DNA from: Lingula anatina
Lineage: Eukaryota; Animalia; Brachiopoda
NCBI GenBank assembly: GCA_051362555.1
Contig: CM120641.1
Span: 19,344,001-19,408,000, forward strand
DNA length: 64,000 nt
Direction of reading: 5' to 3'
The stretch's first letter is position 1; every line of letters starts with the position of its first letter. The position numbers and the translations under genes are program-made. The notes beneath the pieces were generated by a model, which saw nothing but the letters and a program-made list of their open reading frames with translations, searched no databases and was not told where the DNA came from. Below are positions 26,765 through 38,426 of the stretch, in pieces.

Positions 26765-28666
26765 TTAAAGCTGTCTGTGTTGCTGGTACGTATGACGGCC
26801 AGGCAATGGTGCTGGATCAAAGTGCTGTGTTTGTGGTGCTGCGTTTGATGGTCCTGCAAGCGGTGCTGTGTTTGGGCGACGTGCACCGTTTGAAGTCTCT
26901 GAGAGTGGGAGTGAACATAAAGGTTGTTTCAGAGGTATCAGGTTTACCAAGCGTGTCAGAGACGCTGGGTATGATGATTGAGAATATGGTGCTGTATATG
27001 AAGGCCTCACCCGCGGTGTTGTGTACATAGGCCCCACCTGTGGTCCTGTGTACGTAGGCCCCACCTGTGGTGCTGTGTATGTAGGTCCCACATGTGGTGC
27101 TGTGTAAGGAGGCCCTAGTTGTGGTGCTGTGTAAGAAGACCCCAAAAGTGGTGCCGTGTCTGAAGGCTGAGGAAGGGGTGCTGTGTAGGAAGGTGGTGCT
27201 TTGTATGGAGGCTTTGAAAGTGGTGCCGTGTCTGAAAGCTGAGGAAGGGGTGCTGTGTATGAAGGTGGTGCTTTGTATGAAGCCTGTGGAAGTGGTGCCG
27301 TGTCTGAAGGCTGAGGAAGGGGTGCTGTGTATGAAGGTGGTGCTTTGTGTGAAGGCTGTGCAAGTGGTGCCGTGTCTGAAGGCTGAGGAAGGGGTGCTGT
27401 GTATGAAGGTGGTGCTTTGTATGAAGCCTGTGGAAGTGGTGCCGTGTATGAAGGTGGTGCTTTGTATGAAGCCTGTGGAAGTGGTGCCATGTCTGAAGGC
27501 TGAGGAAGGGGTGCTGTGTATGAAGGTGGTGCTTTGTATGAAGGCTGAGGAAGGGGTGCTGTGTATGAAGGTGGTGCTTTGTATGAAGCCTGTGGAAGTG
27601 GTGCTGTGTATGTAGGACCAAATTGTGGTGCTGTGTACCTAGGTCCAACCTGTGGTGGTGTGTCAAAAGGCTGTGGAAGTGTTGGAATGTTTGAAGGCCC
27701 TGCCAGTGGTCCTGTACATGAAAGCTTTGCGACAGGTATTTCACTTGAAGAATGTGTCAGAGATGCTGTGTGGGAAGGCTGTGTGAAAACATTTTCACAG
27801 CATCCACTTGCAGGGGTTGACCCGATTGGCTGATCTTCATGTCCTTCAGTTTCAGGTTTAATTTCAGATGCAAACAGTTCAGCAGGAAAGTTGACTCCTT
27901 TTACCTTTGATGTTGAAGGAGAAGCATCTATTTTTGAATCTCCTAAGGCCAGAGCTGTGAATTCACAGTAACCACTATCCCAGTCCTCAAGTGCCTCAAC
28001 ATGCTGGCAATTGTCATCACCTTTAATGTGATACTTCTCTTCACAACTGGCCGGGCTGCTGGGCAGTGAACTGACTGGGTCACATGATGGTGAGTTTTCA
28101 GGGCATGCAGAACATACCTTGTATGTCTCACTACTGCTAACCTGGTCTTTTTTCTCAATATAGCCCTTCGTCTTTCGGTGGTCAGGAACTTTACACTTCT
28201 CCCTAGTATTGTTCATTTTCTCTATAAACTGCTCACAATATGCGAGGAAAATTTCCATGTAGACTGCCTTGGCATTCCTGGGCTGATCAATTTTGTTAGA
28301 ACATCCTTCACTTTCTGCCAATTCAATTTCTTTTTCCTTCTCACCCTGAGCTACAGTCTTAACATATATAACATCATTTTCTGAAAGGTCAACCAATTCA
28401 AACTCCTCATCAACAACATTTGCCTTCTTGACACATCCCTCGTCATATAAAATGTCAACTTCTTCATATTCCTCCTCAAAACTCTCCTCAGCTGTATAAA
28501 TTAGATGATGTTGCCCAACTGATCCTTGACTGGGAGAGCAAGCTGTTATGTTCAGATTCTTAGAATGAAAAGAGGGGATATGCAGTTTATCCAAATCAAG
28601 ATACTCTGATTCTGAAGCATGGGAGGAAGTTTCATCATCAAGTTCAATAGGACTTTCAGTTGGTTC
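26765..28666 (-). CDS. Large orphan terminal coding exon (~633 aa): acidic N-part, then Pro/Ser/Thr/Tyr tandem repeats with 7 PPSY motifs; possibly an alternative last exon of the G2E3/PHF7-like gene
   Basis: The 609-aa ORF extends upstream without a stop to a strong acceptor (TTTTTTTTTCTTTTTCTTTCCAG|GAA at 28667/28666, phase 0). The non-repetitive part is also open. No signal peptide or recognisable domain. Confidence 0.7.
   Translation of the reverse strand, partial: EPTESPIELDDETSSHASESEYLDLDKLHIPSFHSKNLNITACSPSQGSVGQHHLIYTAEESFEEEYEEVDILYDEGCVKKANVVDEEFELVDLSENDVIYVKTVAQGEKEKEIELAESEGCSNKIDQPRNAKAVYMEIFLAYCEQFIEKMNNTREKCKVPDHRKTKGYIEKKDQVSSSETYKVCSACPENSPSCDPVSSLPSSPASCEEKYHIKGDDNCQHVEALEDWDSGYCEFTALALGDSKIDASPSTSKVKGVNFPAELFASEIKPETEGHEDQPIGSTPASGCCENVFTQPSHTASLTHSSSEIPVAKLSCTGPLAGPSNIPTLPQPFDTPPQVGPRYTAPQFGPTYTAPLPQASYKAPPSYTAPLPQPSYKAPPSYTAPLPQPSDMAPLPQASYKAPPSYTAPLPQASYKAPPSYTAPLPQPSDTAPLAQPSHKAPPSYTAPLPQPSDTAPLPQASYKAPPSYTAPLPQLSDTAPLSKPPYKAPPSYTAPLPQPSDTAPLLGSSYTAPQLGPPYTAPHVGPTYTAPQVGPTYTGPQVGPMYTTPRVRPSYTAPYSQSSYPASLTRLVNLIPLKQPLCSLPLSETSNGARRPNTAPLAGPSNAAPQTQHFDPAPLPGRHTYQQHRQL
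27020..27665 (-). repeat. Coding minisatellite made of 27-bp and 45-bp units (KAPPSYTAPLPQ / PSDTAPLPQ / GPTYTAPQV)
   Basis: Repeated GGTGCTGTGTATGAAGGTGGTGCTTTGTATGAAG-type units on the + strand. Unit lengths are multiples of 3. Confidence 0.92.
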
Positions 28667-30234
28667 CTGGAAAGAAAAAGAAAAAAAAATTTTCCTTGAC
28701 TGAGAATAGTATGTCTTTGAATTTCTTATACATAAATAAGAATTGGTATTTTAGTCAAACTTGTTATCACGCTATTTTCTTTAGTTTTTTTTCAAATTGC
28801 TTTGAAGCAATCGATGAAACAAACAATCAAAAAAAAAAAGTACAATATGAGAAATGCTTCACTGCATTAGAAAATGTTTAAAATATGGGTCTGGTAGCCC
28901 AAGTCAATTAAAGATCAATGGTATTTACAAATTTCTGTTATACTTCTATAACAAACTCTTCAATCTTTCTCCAAACATTGTTTACTGCCTATTATGATAA
29001 TAGCTAGGCAAGTGCAGTATGTGTGCATCTGTATTCACCTACACCTGTCCATGTTTCAGGAGATGGAAAGGAATACATTTCTTGGTACTGTTATGATGGG
29101 GAAGCAACGATGCTGATTTGTTTCAAATTAACATTGACAACTCGCTGTCCAAAACAATAGTCAAGTTTTTCAAAGGATCTGGCCTTATGGACACTGAGCT
29201 GACACCTGCTAGGGTTACTTGTAAGCCAAAAGTGAAGGTCAAAATCTGGTATGATCAGAATATTCTTTTATGTTTTTTATTGTATTATACAATCACCTGA
29301 ATTGTAGTGCAACTTTGAAAATGGGCAAGTTTAGATTATTATTCCTAAAAAAAATCAATATTTTGGATACTTTTGATCTTGCTTTATAAATGATTGCGTA
29401 TTGTAACCCTTTCATCAAAGCTGAAAGATGGACTTTATTCACTTATCTGTATATCAAACTTGAGTGGCATAGCATTGCTACAGGTGCTTACAGTGTGGTT
29501 ATGCTTTTTTTTGCGTTGCCTAAATACCTTAAACTCAGGGTGGATGTCATACACAGGATTTAGTTACAACTACTGTTATTCAGTGCAGAGCTATTCTATT
29601 TTAACCAAGATGGGTTTTCAGCTTTAACCAGATGGATTTTGTGATATATTTTAGTCTCTATAAAAAAAGAAGCCTAATTACTTAATTTGAGAATTTATGA
29701 TGAATCTAGTGATTTGAACTCAGTTCCCAATAATGAAATACTTGATTTATTTATTTATTTTATTTATTTATTTTTTTTTTTTGGGGGGGGGGGCATTTAA
29801 GGTAATCAAATGCAAATATAAATATTTTTTATAGCCAAAACATTCTTGAATTAATCCAGACATAAGGCTGTGACCTCCATTTTCCAGGGTTTTTTTCCCC
29901 ACTGATTAAGTTATTAACTAATATTCAACATAAAAAAAATTTGGCCCAACTGCAATAAACCAATAACTTACCAGTCATGTAATGTAATCCTCAATACAGT
30001 CCAGTTCTCATTTTTTGATAACGCATTTCCTAATAAAAACTTTTTGGCTTTATATGTAGAAATTGAAATTAATAAATTAAAAAAGGTCAACTTAAAAGTA
30101 AATACTTAGACCTAAAATTTGGCTTACATTGACCCTATATATAAAAAGCGGCATGATAACAATCCACACGAATAAAACTATTTGCTTAAAACCCCTTTTG
30201 TTAAAAATGGGCCCAATATTCTCTTTTACGTACA

Positions 30235-30285
30235 CTACTACTACTGCTACTGCTACTGCTACTACTACTACTACTACTACTACTG
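30235..30285. repeat. (CTA/CTG)n trinucleotide microsatellite
   Basis: Directly visible. Confidence 0.9.
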
Positions 30286-31111
30286 CCAGTGTTACATCAT
30301 GTGTAGTAGTGTAAGTAAAAGAACGATTTACAATGTGGAAAAATTAGGCAATGGTGGTCATTCATTCTTTATTTGACAATAAAGGTTATGTACAAAAAAA
30401 AATATCAAATATGTGATGAATGGAAAACGACCTTAACAGTAAATTATCATTACATATGGCACTTTCATGTTAATAAACAAGACTTGCCCATTAGTGGGAG
30501 ATCTATTTATTACTTATATTGCGAGATTCTGCAGTAGAGTACAATTCAGAATTTTTGTCAGTAACTTGAATGTTTTTATTCCTCACAAGAAATGAAAGCC
30601 ATGTCAAAAATTGTACGCAACTGACCAAAATGATAAGTTCTGCCAAAAATTGAACACATTTGACCAAAGAAAAAAGTCCCCCCACCCACCCACCATGAAA
30701 AGCAAATATTTCATACACATCATCACTGTTAATGTTATCAAAACAATTACTTAATTACTATTATAATTCGCATATTACAATTATCTACCAATTCACTAAA
30801 AATTATTATATAAAGAATTAGAATTATAATAAACAATTCACTTAAAGTACAGATTCTGGTCTTCAATAAAGCTTATATGAAAAAAAAAACATGAAAGGGA
30901 CAAAATATCCATGTTACTGCAATTACATACACCCATGCTTTCACATCACATTTACATATATTAATAATTACTGCTGTACAAACCGTACACATGAAAGCAA
31001 GTGGCTGAAAGAAGCAAAAATTCTGAATATATATATATAAATAATACATATATATATATATATACACCAGACATTTACATATTCAAAGTACCAGACTGCC
31101 AATGACCACAG

Positions 31112-34100
31112 TCACAGATTGTTTTCTTGATCTTTGAGATCATCATAACTAAGTGAACGTCTTATTCTAGTGCTCCTAGTTTGGCAGGTTTGCTGCATAG
31201 CCTGTGTGGAGTTTCTAGTGCTTACTTTCCCCTCACTATGCACTATGTGCCTGTGTGCTGTATGTTTGGGAGTCATGTCAATGTCCAACTGCTTATTTAG
31301 CTTCATCAGTGAGGCTGCTTTACTAGCAGATTCTCCCTCGACCTTGCATTGCATTTCTTTAACTTGGTCCCCATCACTCCTGCCAGTGCCCAATTGCAGC
31401 TCATTACAAAGAGTATGTTTTGGTTCGCTTATTGTCGGCTTCTTCTCTGATGATAGACTGAAAAGAGTATTTTCAGTATCTCTCATTTTGTAAACTTCTT
31501 TGTCTGGTTTCTTTGCACATGCTTTTTGTGGTTTACTCTGAGCTTTTGTTTCAGTCTTGCTACCGTTTTGACCATACTTATTTGTAAAGTTCCAAACTTG
31601 TAGAAACCCCTGTTTCAGATTCATATCAATAGTAAGGTTTTTAAGCTCCTGTGTTTTAAAAAGAGGAACATCGCTAAATTCTACTTCTTCTTTTGTCCTT
31701 GTTTTCATCATGTTTCGGAGCCCTGTATAACCATGATCCTGGTCTGGTTCTGCTGGAGGGCTTTTTTGCTCCAGCGCAGATTTTGGGCCAACTTCTTTGT
31801 CATTGATATTTTGTTCCTGGAGTGTCTTCGTAGGCACTATCTGAATCACATTTCCTTCTCCTGACATGTATTCGAGGGACACAGTAGCCTTCTTTGCAGA
31901 TTTGATCAGTTTCTGGCGATGAGCTTTCTCCTTCATCAAAGACTTCTCAGCAGACTTATAGGTACTTGGGTTACTATACTTACTGGTCATATCTATGTTA
32001 AGATATTTCAGCTCCCTCTCCAGTTGGGAACTACCTTTCTTCAAATATGTTTCAGAACTTGTCTTCAACTCATTTTTCCTGGGAGTCTTTTCCACGATAC
32101 AATTAGCAGCACCATCTTGACTTTCAAGTTTCAAATCCTCTGCTGTCTCAGCATCAAGTTCCGTAGCAAGGTCTATGGCAGGCGAGATGTCTGGGCAAGG
32201 TAGACTATTACTGTTACTGCTACCGGACTCTATACCACTATCTGAACTGCTTCTGGTGAGACTGGAATATGGCCGACTGCAATCAGGCACCGAGTAACCC
32301 CCGCTAATTCCACATACCGGGTGCCTGTATTTGGGGGTCATGTCGATGACCAAACCCTTCAACTCTTTTACCACTCTGGCGTTCAACTCAACAGGTTCTG
32401 AAGTACACAAAGATGGCATGGAAGATGAAGATGAAGAGCTAGCACGACTAACACTCACCTCTGTGAAAGATGGCACAGAGAGTCCTTTTGGAAACTCGGT
32501 ACTAGTAGGATCCCCTCCACCCGAGGTGCCTTTTTCTTCCTTTTTCATATCTTCCAAGGTCAGTCTTTTTATGCTTGATCTGCCTGTAATCTTTGGAGGA
32601 AGGTCTTCCACATCTATGTTCAAGTCTCTACTCTTGTCTTCAGCACACTGTGTTTTACTGCTAGTGCATGTACTTTTGCTGGCATTGACTACGGAATCAG
32701 TCTTCTCTGCAGGACTTTTGGTCATTGCAGACTCACTATCATTCTTAGCAGGGCTGTGACCTTTCTTCTTTTGAGACTTAAACGAGTCACTTGTTGCCCC
32801 TATTGCCATGCTGGAATAGTCAAATTTTGGTGTCATAGAAATGGCCAATTTTCTCAGCTCATTGCCTAATGTCTTTGGGGCTTCCTGTGCAATTATTGCA
32901 GGTCTTACTGAACTCAAATTGTGCTTTGGAGTCATATCAATTTCTAGTCCTTTGAGCAGACGTGCAGTCTTTCCAGTTACCACCAAGGGGATTTGTGTCA
33001 AAGAGCATGACCTTCTTTGCCGTCTCAAAATAGCCGAATCTCCACTTTTGCCTGCAGAAGTATCCTTGTTCAAATCTTCATCTAGATCTTTCTTTAATGT
33101 GGACCGTCTCTTTTTGTATTTGCGTTTACCTTGTTTACTGGTGGACTTGGACAAATCTGAAGAATTTGTTGCAGAGTTTGAAACATTGGTGAAAGAAAGA
33201 TGCTTTCTTTTTTTCTGATTTGGACTTTGATGATCTTCCTCTGAGCTGTCTGATGAATATTTTCTTTTTTTATCAGCACTACTTTCTCCCTGGCCGGCAG
33301 CTTCAAGTTTTTCCTTGTTAAACTTCTCCATCAACCAGTTTGTATCATTCTTCTTGTGAAGAGGAGAAAACTTTGGACTTCTGGCTTGGCCTAAGATGAC
33401 AAAGAAAGATGTGAAGAGTATTACTGAACAACATATTAAAAGCAGCTACATACACTTAAAAAAATATTACTGTCCACATCTCTGATAAAGAAAAATCTAT
33501 AGCATATAAAGGCATACAATGTAAGTTACACCCTTTCTATATTCAAATCCACATTATATTTCATGTAGTGGAGAAAAAAGAAAAACCCCTTCTTCACGAA
33601 GGGACATTCTATGCAAAAATGTAAAGGAATAGTCACTTTTAACAGACATGGTTAAACCTGCAGGCAACCTGCCCAATATCAAGCAATGGTGAAATAGGTT
33701 CAGCACTTATGATAAAATCTGTGCATTGGTCATCCCAAATGGACCAGCAATTATTTCTCACATATCACTCTGACATTTTTGGAAATCAGTATGCTTCTTG
33801 AAAATCTTAGTATAATAGTTGCTCAGAAAAATTTTTGGTGAAGGAAAACAGTCGAATAGAAGTGTCACCCCCTGAATCAGAGTAATCAAAGTTATAATGC
33901 CTGGTCTACTTATAATGTGACTAATGAGTATAAAACCGCTGTACCATGGAATTGTGAAATTTGATGTTAATAAAATGATACCAGGAGCATATCATTCCAC
34001 AATCATTTATCTCCCCCAAAGGATTGGTTCAGTAGGGGTGACACTTCTACTGTCCAGTGTGTGTATATATAAATTGTGTATTACCCACCTTTCTTTGACC

Positions 34101-37100
34101 TCCTCGCTATATCAAAGCAATCATCACATGTCCATGACGGGGCCGATCCCTTAAGACTGGAGCACTGCATGTGAGTGCCTTGACATCCACAGTACACACA
34201 GAGGATAATCTCCCATTTACTGCAATACAATATACAGCTTTTTTAGAAAGGCCTTTTTAACAAAAAAAAAAAAGGAAGTGGGTCAGTATAAGGTCAGAAT
34301 CCTTCAGTAATTATTGACCCACTGTAAAAATTAACTGCTTAACTATGTCAATAGTTTAGATCTACTCTCATCATCAGCTTTTCAATTGAACAACACTCCT
34401 ATAATTTTGTAAATTTATTTTTAACTAGGCATCAAAGACAGAATATATACCAAGTCCATGATACAAGGATGACAAATATATTAATTGGGCAGGGATAACC
34501 TGATTAGTCCAGTGCATAAAAATGTTTGAACACCAAAATTCAAATAATTCATATAAAATGTATCTTATTGTTTTCATGTGCTATATTTCCTACACAATTT
34601 ACTTCTCATAATCATTATAGCTAGAAAATCTTTCAGTCTTCTATTTTCATTATTCTCTTACAATATAACCCAAGTTGAGTAAATACCCAAGTACCAAATA
34701 CTCAAGATCCCCATCTATATACTTTCCCTTTTGGAACACTGGCACCTGTCCATGTCAAACCCCCCACCCCCCCCACCCCACCCCCAATCCTCCCCCAGAG
34801 CTCATACCTGCCGTCCTTGTTGTATTCTCTCCCCTTGGGGCACTGGCACTTGATCTTGTCACACCTGCAGTGTCTCTCTAGTAATTCCTGGTATGCATCA
34901 GGTTCCAGCTCCCACTCTGCATCTCTACACATAATGCATACGGTTCATCAGGTTAAGTTTCCACACAATCAGTCATTTATGCTAAAATTTGCAGCAAGGT
35001 GAAGCCTTAATGCTCTATTCTACCCATTATACGTGCAGTAAGAAGAGGTAGAGGCTAAAATCTGCATGTTTATAAAAAGAGCCAAACATATTGGACACAG
35101 TCCATATTAAACTACAATGATTTTTTTACTATCCCACTACACAAGATCATTTCAAATAACAAAACAAAAAACAAAATTTAATAAATAAATTAATTAATAT
35201 TAAAAAAAAAAAAAAAAGACTCACTGGTCAGGAATGTATATGCCAAACTCCAGCATTTCATGTTGGAAGTAATCCTTATTGTTGCACAAAGGACACTTGA
35301 AGAAATATACTCCAGAGCATGTAGCTTGTCTCTGAAATAAAATGGACATGGAATATTATGGCAGTGAACTGAGAAAATTGTTTCCTTTTTTCTTCAAGCC
35401 TTCAGGAACTAATTTTCTACAAAAAGAAGTTTGCCACATATGGCCTGTCGATACATTTTTTTAAACTGACAATATATTTAGGTTTCCCTTTGGCAACTGT
35501 TAATAATATTTTCCTCATGCAAAATACATTTTCTATTGCATTTGGTATAAAATTCTAGAGTAAGTAAGTGAGCCTACTTATGGACACCTTACCTGGATAC
35601 AAGAGCGATGAAACCAAGCATTCTTACAGCAGGGTGCCCTGAGTGTTTCGTTGGAAGCTCTGGCCTCCACGGCACACATACATATTGCACACACAGCCTT
35701 GGCTGTGCCGTGGAAGGCTAACCTGTCACTGGTAGGGACAGTCTGCCTGGGCCTGTGCTCTTCACAATAGGAACTGGAATAAAACAATTTTCAAATCCTT
35801 AATCTCTTCTTTAAATCTTACAAACTATTTTTTCCCCTCTTACTGAGATTCTATTGAGATCAAGAAGTTCTAAAGAAGGAACAACGTATCTCTCTCTTAC
35901 CAATGATTATGTTATGATGTCAAGGATCGATTTCTAAAATGATTCTAAAAAACACGCCACAGTGAGCAGAGACGAGACTGCCATTTAGTTAAAAAGAAAA
36001 TATGATGTGGTGTCCAGTTACTGAGTGGACACCAAAATTCTTTAAAAATCATTCAGCAAAACCAAAAAGACATTTTGATCTTTGGGCCTCTCTTCTTATT
36101 TGTACTAACAGCATCAGGCAAAGTTAGCAGGCAGCTACTTTTCTTGACATTTCCAACACACTGGCAGAGCCAGGATTTTGTCTCCATTTGCTTAATATAT
36201 AATATATGGATCAGCCACAACAACCTTGTACCATACCTGTAAGTCCCGAAAAACTGGTTGAGGACACCGTTATCCCTGCCACAACCAAAGTGAAACACTT
36301 GTCGGCAGCAGCGTACCACACATCCAATGGTAGCACCTTTCTCTTTACAAAAACAGCATTTCTGAAACCAAGGAAAACTGGTTACATGGTATACTTATAA
36401 AAATGTCATTATATATATCACATACATGTTAGTTACACACTTGGAGTTGAAAACCCATCTTGCTTAAGATCAACAAAGATAAATAGATTCTGTTAATGCA
36501 TACATGCCTAGGCCCCAAATAGAAAACAAGTTTATATGAATAAATAGACAAAAAATGTACCATTATGTATCTATGCTTCTTATTATAAAGAAAAGGAAAA
36601 ATTAAATGCCATCAAACTGCAGGCACTTTCATGGACTACAACAAGCTTCTTCATTCTTGACTATATTCCTGGAACATCTAAATGATTATAACTCAAATGT
36701 AACTTGTAATCTCATGTTAAATAAGTAGTCCCAAAACAAATCTTTTACCAGTTTTTTGCCTCTTTGGACCTCCTTTATGATGTCTCTAGGCAGAAACCCA
36801 AGGATGCCATCCAGTTCATCCTTTCCACTCTGACACAAACCACTGGCAAACAACTGGAAGGATAAAGTTTAGGTTAACAAAATACAGATACCATTGGTAT
36901 TAGGCTAAACACTTTGACTGGAAAATTACTTTTCATCTTACTCTTGCATCAAGTTGCATGACAAATAGTATAAAAGAGAAATGGTAAGTTTGTGGTGATT
37001 GTTTCAGGCAATAACTAACTAAATAAATAAACTTCAAAAAATCAAATTTAAAAAAACAGAAAAAAAATTAACACCTTACCATACAAAAATAATGAACAGT

Positions 37101-37681
37101 TAGGTTTTTCCGGGCCAACTTTTTGCCAAGAAGCTCCTCATTTTCACAGCTGGAATTGCAAAAGACACAAGCGCCTGAAAAAATAATAATATTCATCTAA
37201 ACATATTAAAAAAATAACATTACCACTTAAAGCAGCAAAGACACAATTAGCAAAACCATTTCAAGAGATGTTGACTGGTGCAAAAAGAGGACTGCACTTT
37301 ACAATGAAAAATTACAAACATCAAGTGTTTGAGGGTACAGTACTACCCGCACGAAAACGAAGTAGATACTCCAGCGCAGTAGACTACTGCAATCATACTG
37401 CAAACATGCTTCAAATCTGCTTCGATTGGGGAGCTAATTAGCATCTTTGAAACATGCTTCTATCATGCTGCTAATCTACTGCATTAATGCTCCTGCTCTG
37501 TACAACCCTATGTAATTTTTGAAGTAGAATTGCAGTAGGCTATACTGCATTTCTACTGCAAATATGCTCCACACCACTACTGCGTTAATGCTTCTATGCT
37601 ACTTCGATACTACTGCATTTTCGTGCGGGTATACTTACCATTTGTCGATTTAGCACCTGATTTTTGTGTGGCTTTCGGCAT
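31112..37681 (-). CDS. G2E3/PHF7-like: G2E3/PHF7-family PHD/RING-finger protein without a HECT domain, with a long low-complexity C-terminus
   Basis: Coding exons: 37681-37639, 37174-37080, 36853-36749, 36361-36237, 35773-35593, 35331-35225, 34924-34808, 34219-34089 and 33390-31112. All are GT-AG and phase-consistent. The spliced protein contains CVFC...[15 protein letters not shown]...[34 protein letters not shown]...FHFGCG (ePHD), CAICM...[17 protein letters not shown]...[13 protein letters not shown]...[23 protein letters not shown] and [18 protein letters not shown]...WTCDDC. This is the characteristic G2E3/PHF7 N-terminus. Confidence 0.92.
33857..34049. mobile_element. Small MITE in an intron of the PHD gene
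   Basis: Inverted repeat TAGAAGTGTCACCCC (33857-33871) / GGGGTGACACTTCTA (34035-34049). The outer ends are degenerate. Confidence 0.6.
37346..37629. mobile_element. 284-bp MITE with TA target duplication
   Basis: TIRs CCCGCACGAAAA.../...TTTTCGTGCGGG. TA on both sides (37344-37345, 37630-37631). Many internal CTACTGC repeats. Confidence 0.82.
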
Positions 37682-38244
37682 CCCTATAAAAATGCAAGAA
37701 GAAAACTACAGAACTTTATGAAGGCATTACATGTATATAATTTGCTAACTTGTAATGAAGTACAGTGTAACTGTTCAAAAATTGATTCCAACTTTATCAT
37801 TCAATGATTTGGATTAGAAGAGAGGAGGAGAGGTTAATATACGTAACAGGGTGTACCACTACCTAACATCTACAACTCCTTACTAAATAACAATAACTGC
37901 AAAAATGCCCAACACGTGAACAAAACGGAAAAACATATTAAATTTCATAAAAATAATTTCTCTAATTACTAAATTCATAAATTGTAAATCTAATGCCTCT
38001 CCCTCTCACTGTCCATTAAACATAGATCCGCGTGATCAAACAATCGCACTCTAATAACAATCGTGGGGATACGTTTTTTTTTTTTCAAAATTTAAAATTA
38101 GACACCTTATCGTGAAGCTGGGACAGTACCCGTCAGCAGGCTAGGTCAAGGGCAATTAAAGCATGGCATACTGAGATACTCATTTAAACAAGCGTGAGAG
38201 GTAAATTTCTCTTATGTGCAAACTGCTACTAATTCACAAACATA

Positions 38245-38426
38245 CCTGATTAATGCAAGATGCGTTAGTGAACCGCACCTTAATTTCACAATGATATCAC
38301 GAATTATCAACACGTCTAAATGGGCATTTTAATTGCCGAATTTCAACTCTGATTTTGAAAATGACGGTGGCGGGTACCGTCTGTCACGTGACACGCACAA
38401 CATTAACTGATGACGTTTTGCTCAAT
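38245..38426. promoter_or_regulatory. Putative bidirectional promoter shared by the PHD gene (-) and CCS (+)
   Basis: A minus-strand donor CAG|GTATG near 38245 and an acceptor 2 nt before the PHD ATG (37684-37685) imply a non-coding first exon here. The CCS ATG is at 38427. A palindromic E-box TGTCACGTGACA lies at 38382-38393. Confidence 0.6.

Noticed and set aside
27020-27665. CRISPR-like repeat array
   Set aside because: There are no unique spacers. It is a coding minisatellite in a eukaryotic gene.
26599-27833. Overlapping His-rich (27115-27744, -) and Val/Cys/Met-rich (27094-27615, +) ORFs
   Set aside because: They are alternative frames of the same minisatellite. Stop-free repeat units keep several frames open, and only the 609-aa frame extends through unique sequence to a splice acceptor.
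31170-33306. Antisense and alternative-frame ORFs over the PHD last exon
   Set aside because: Shadow ORFs of a long coding exon with no independent features.
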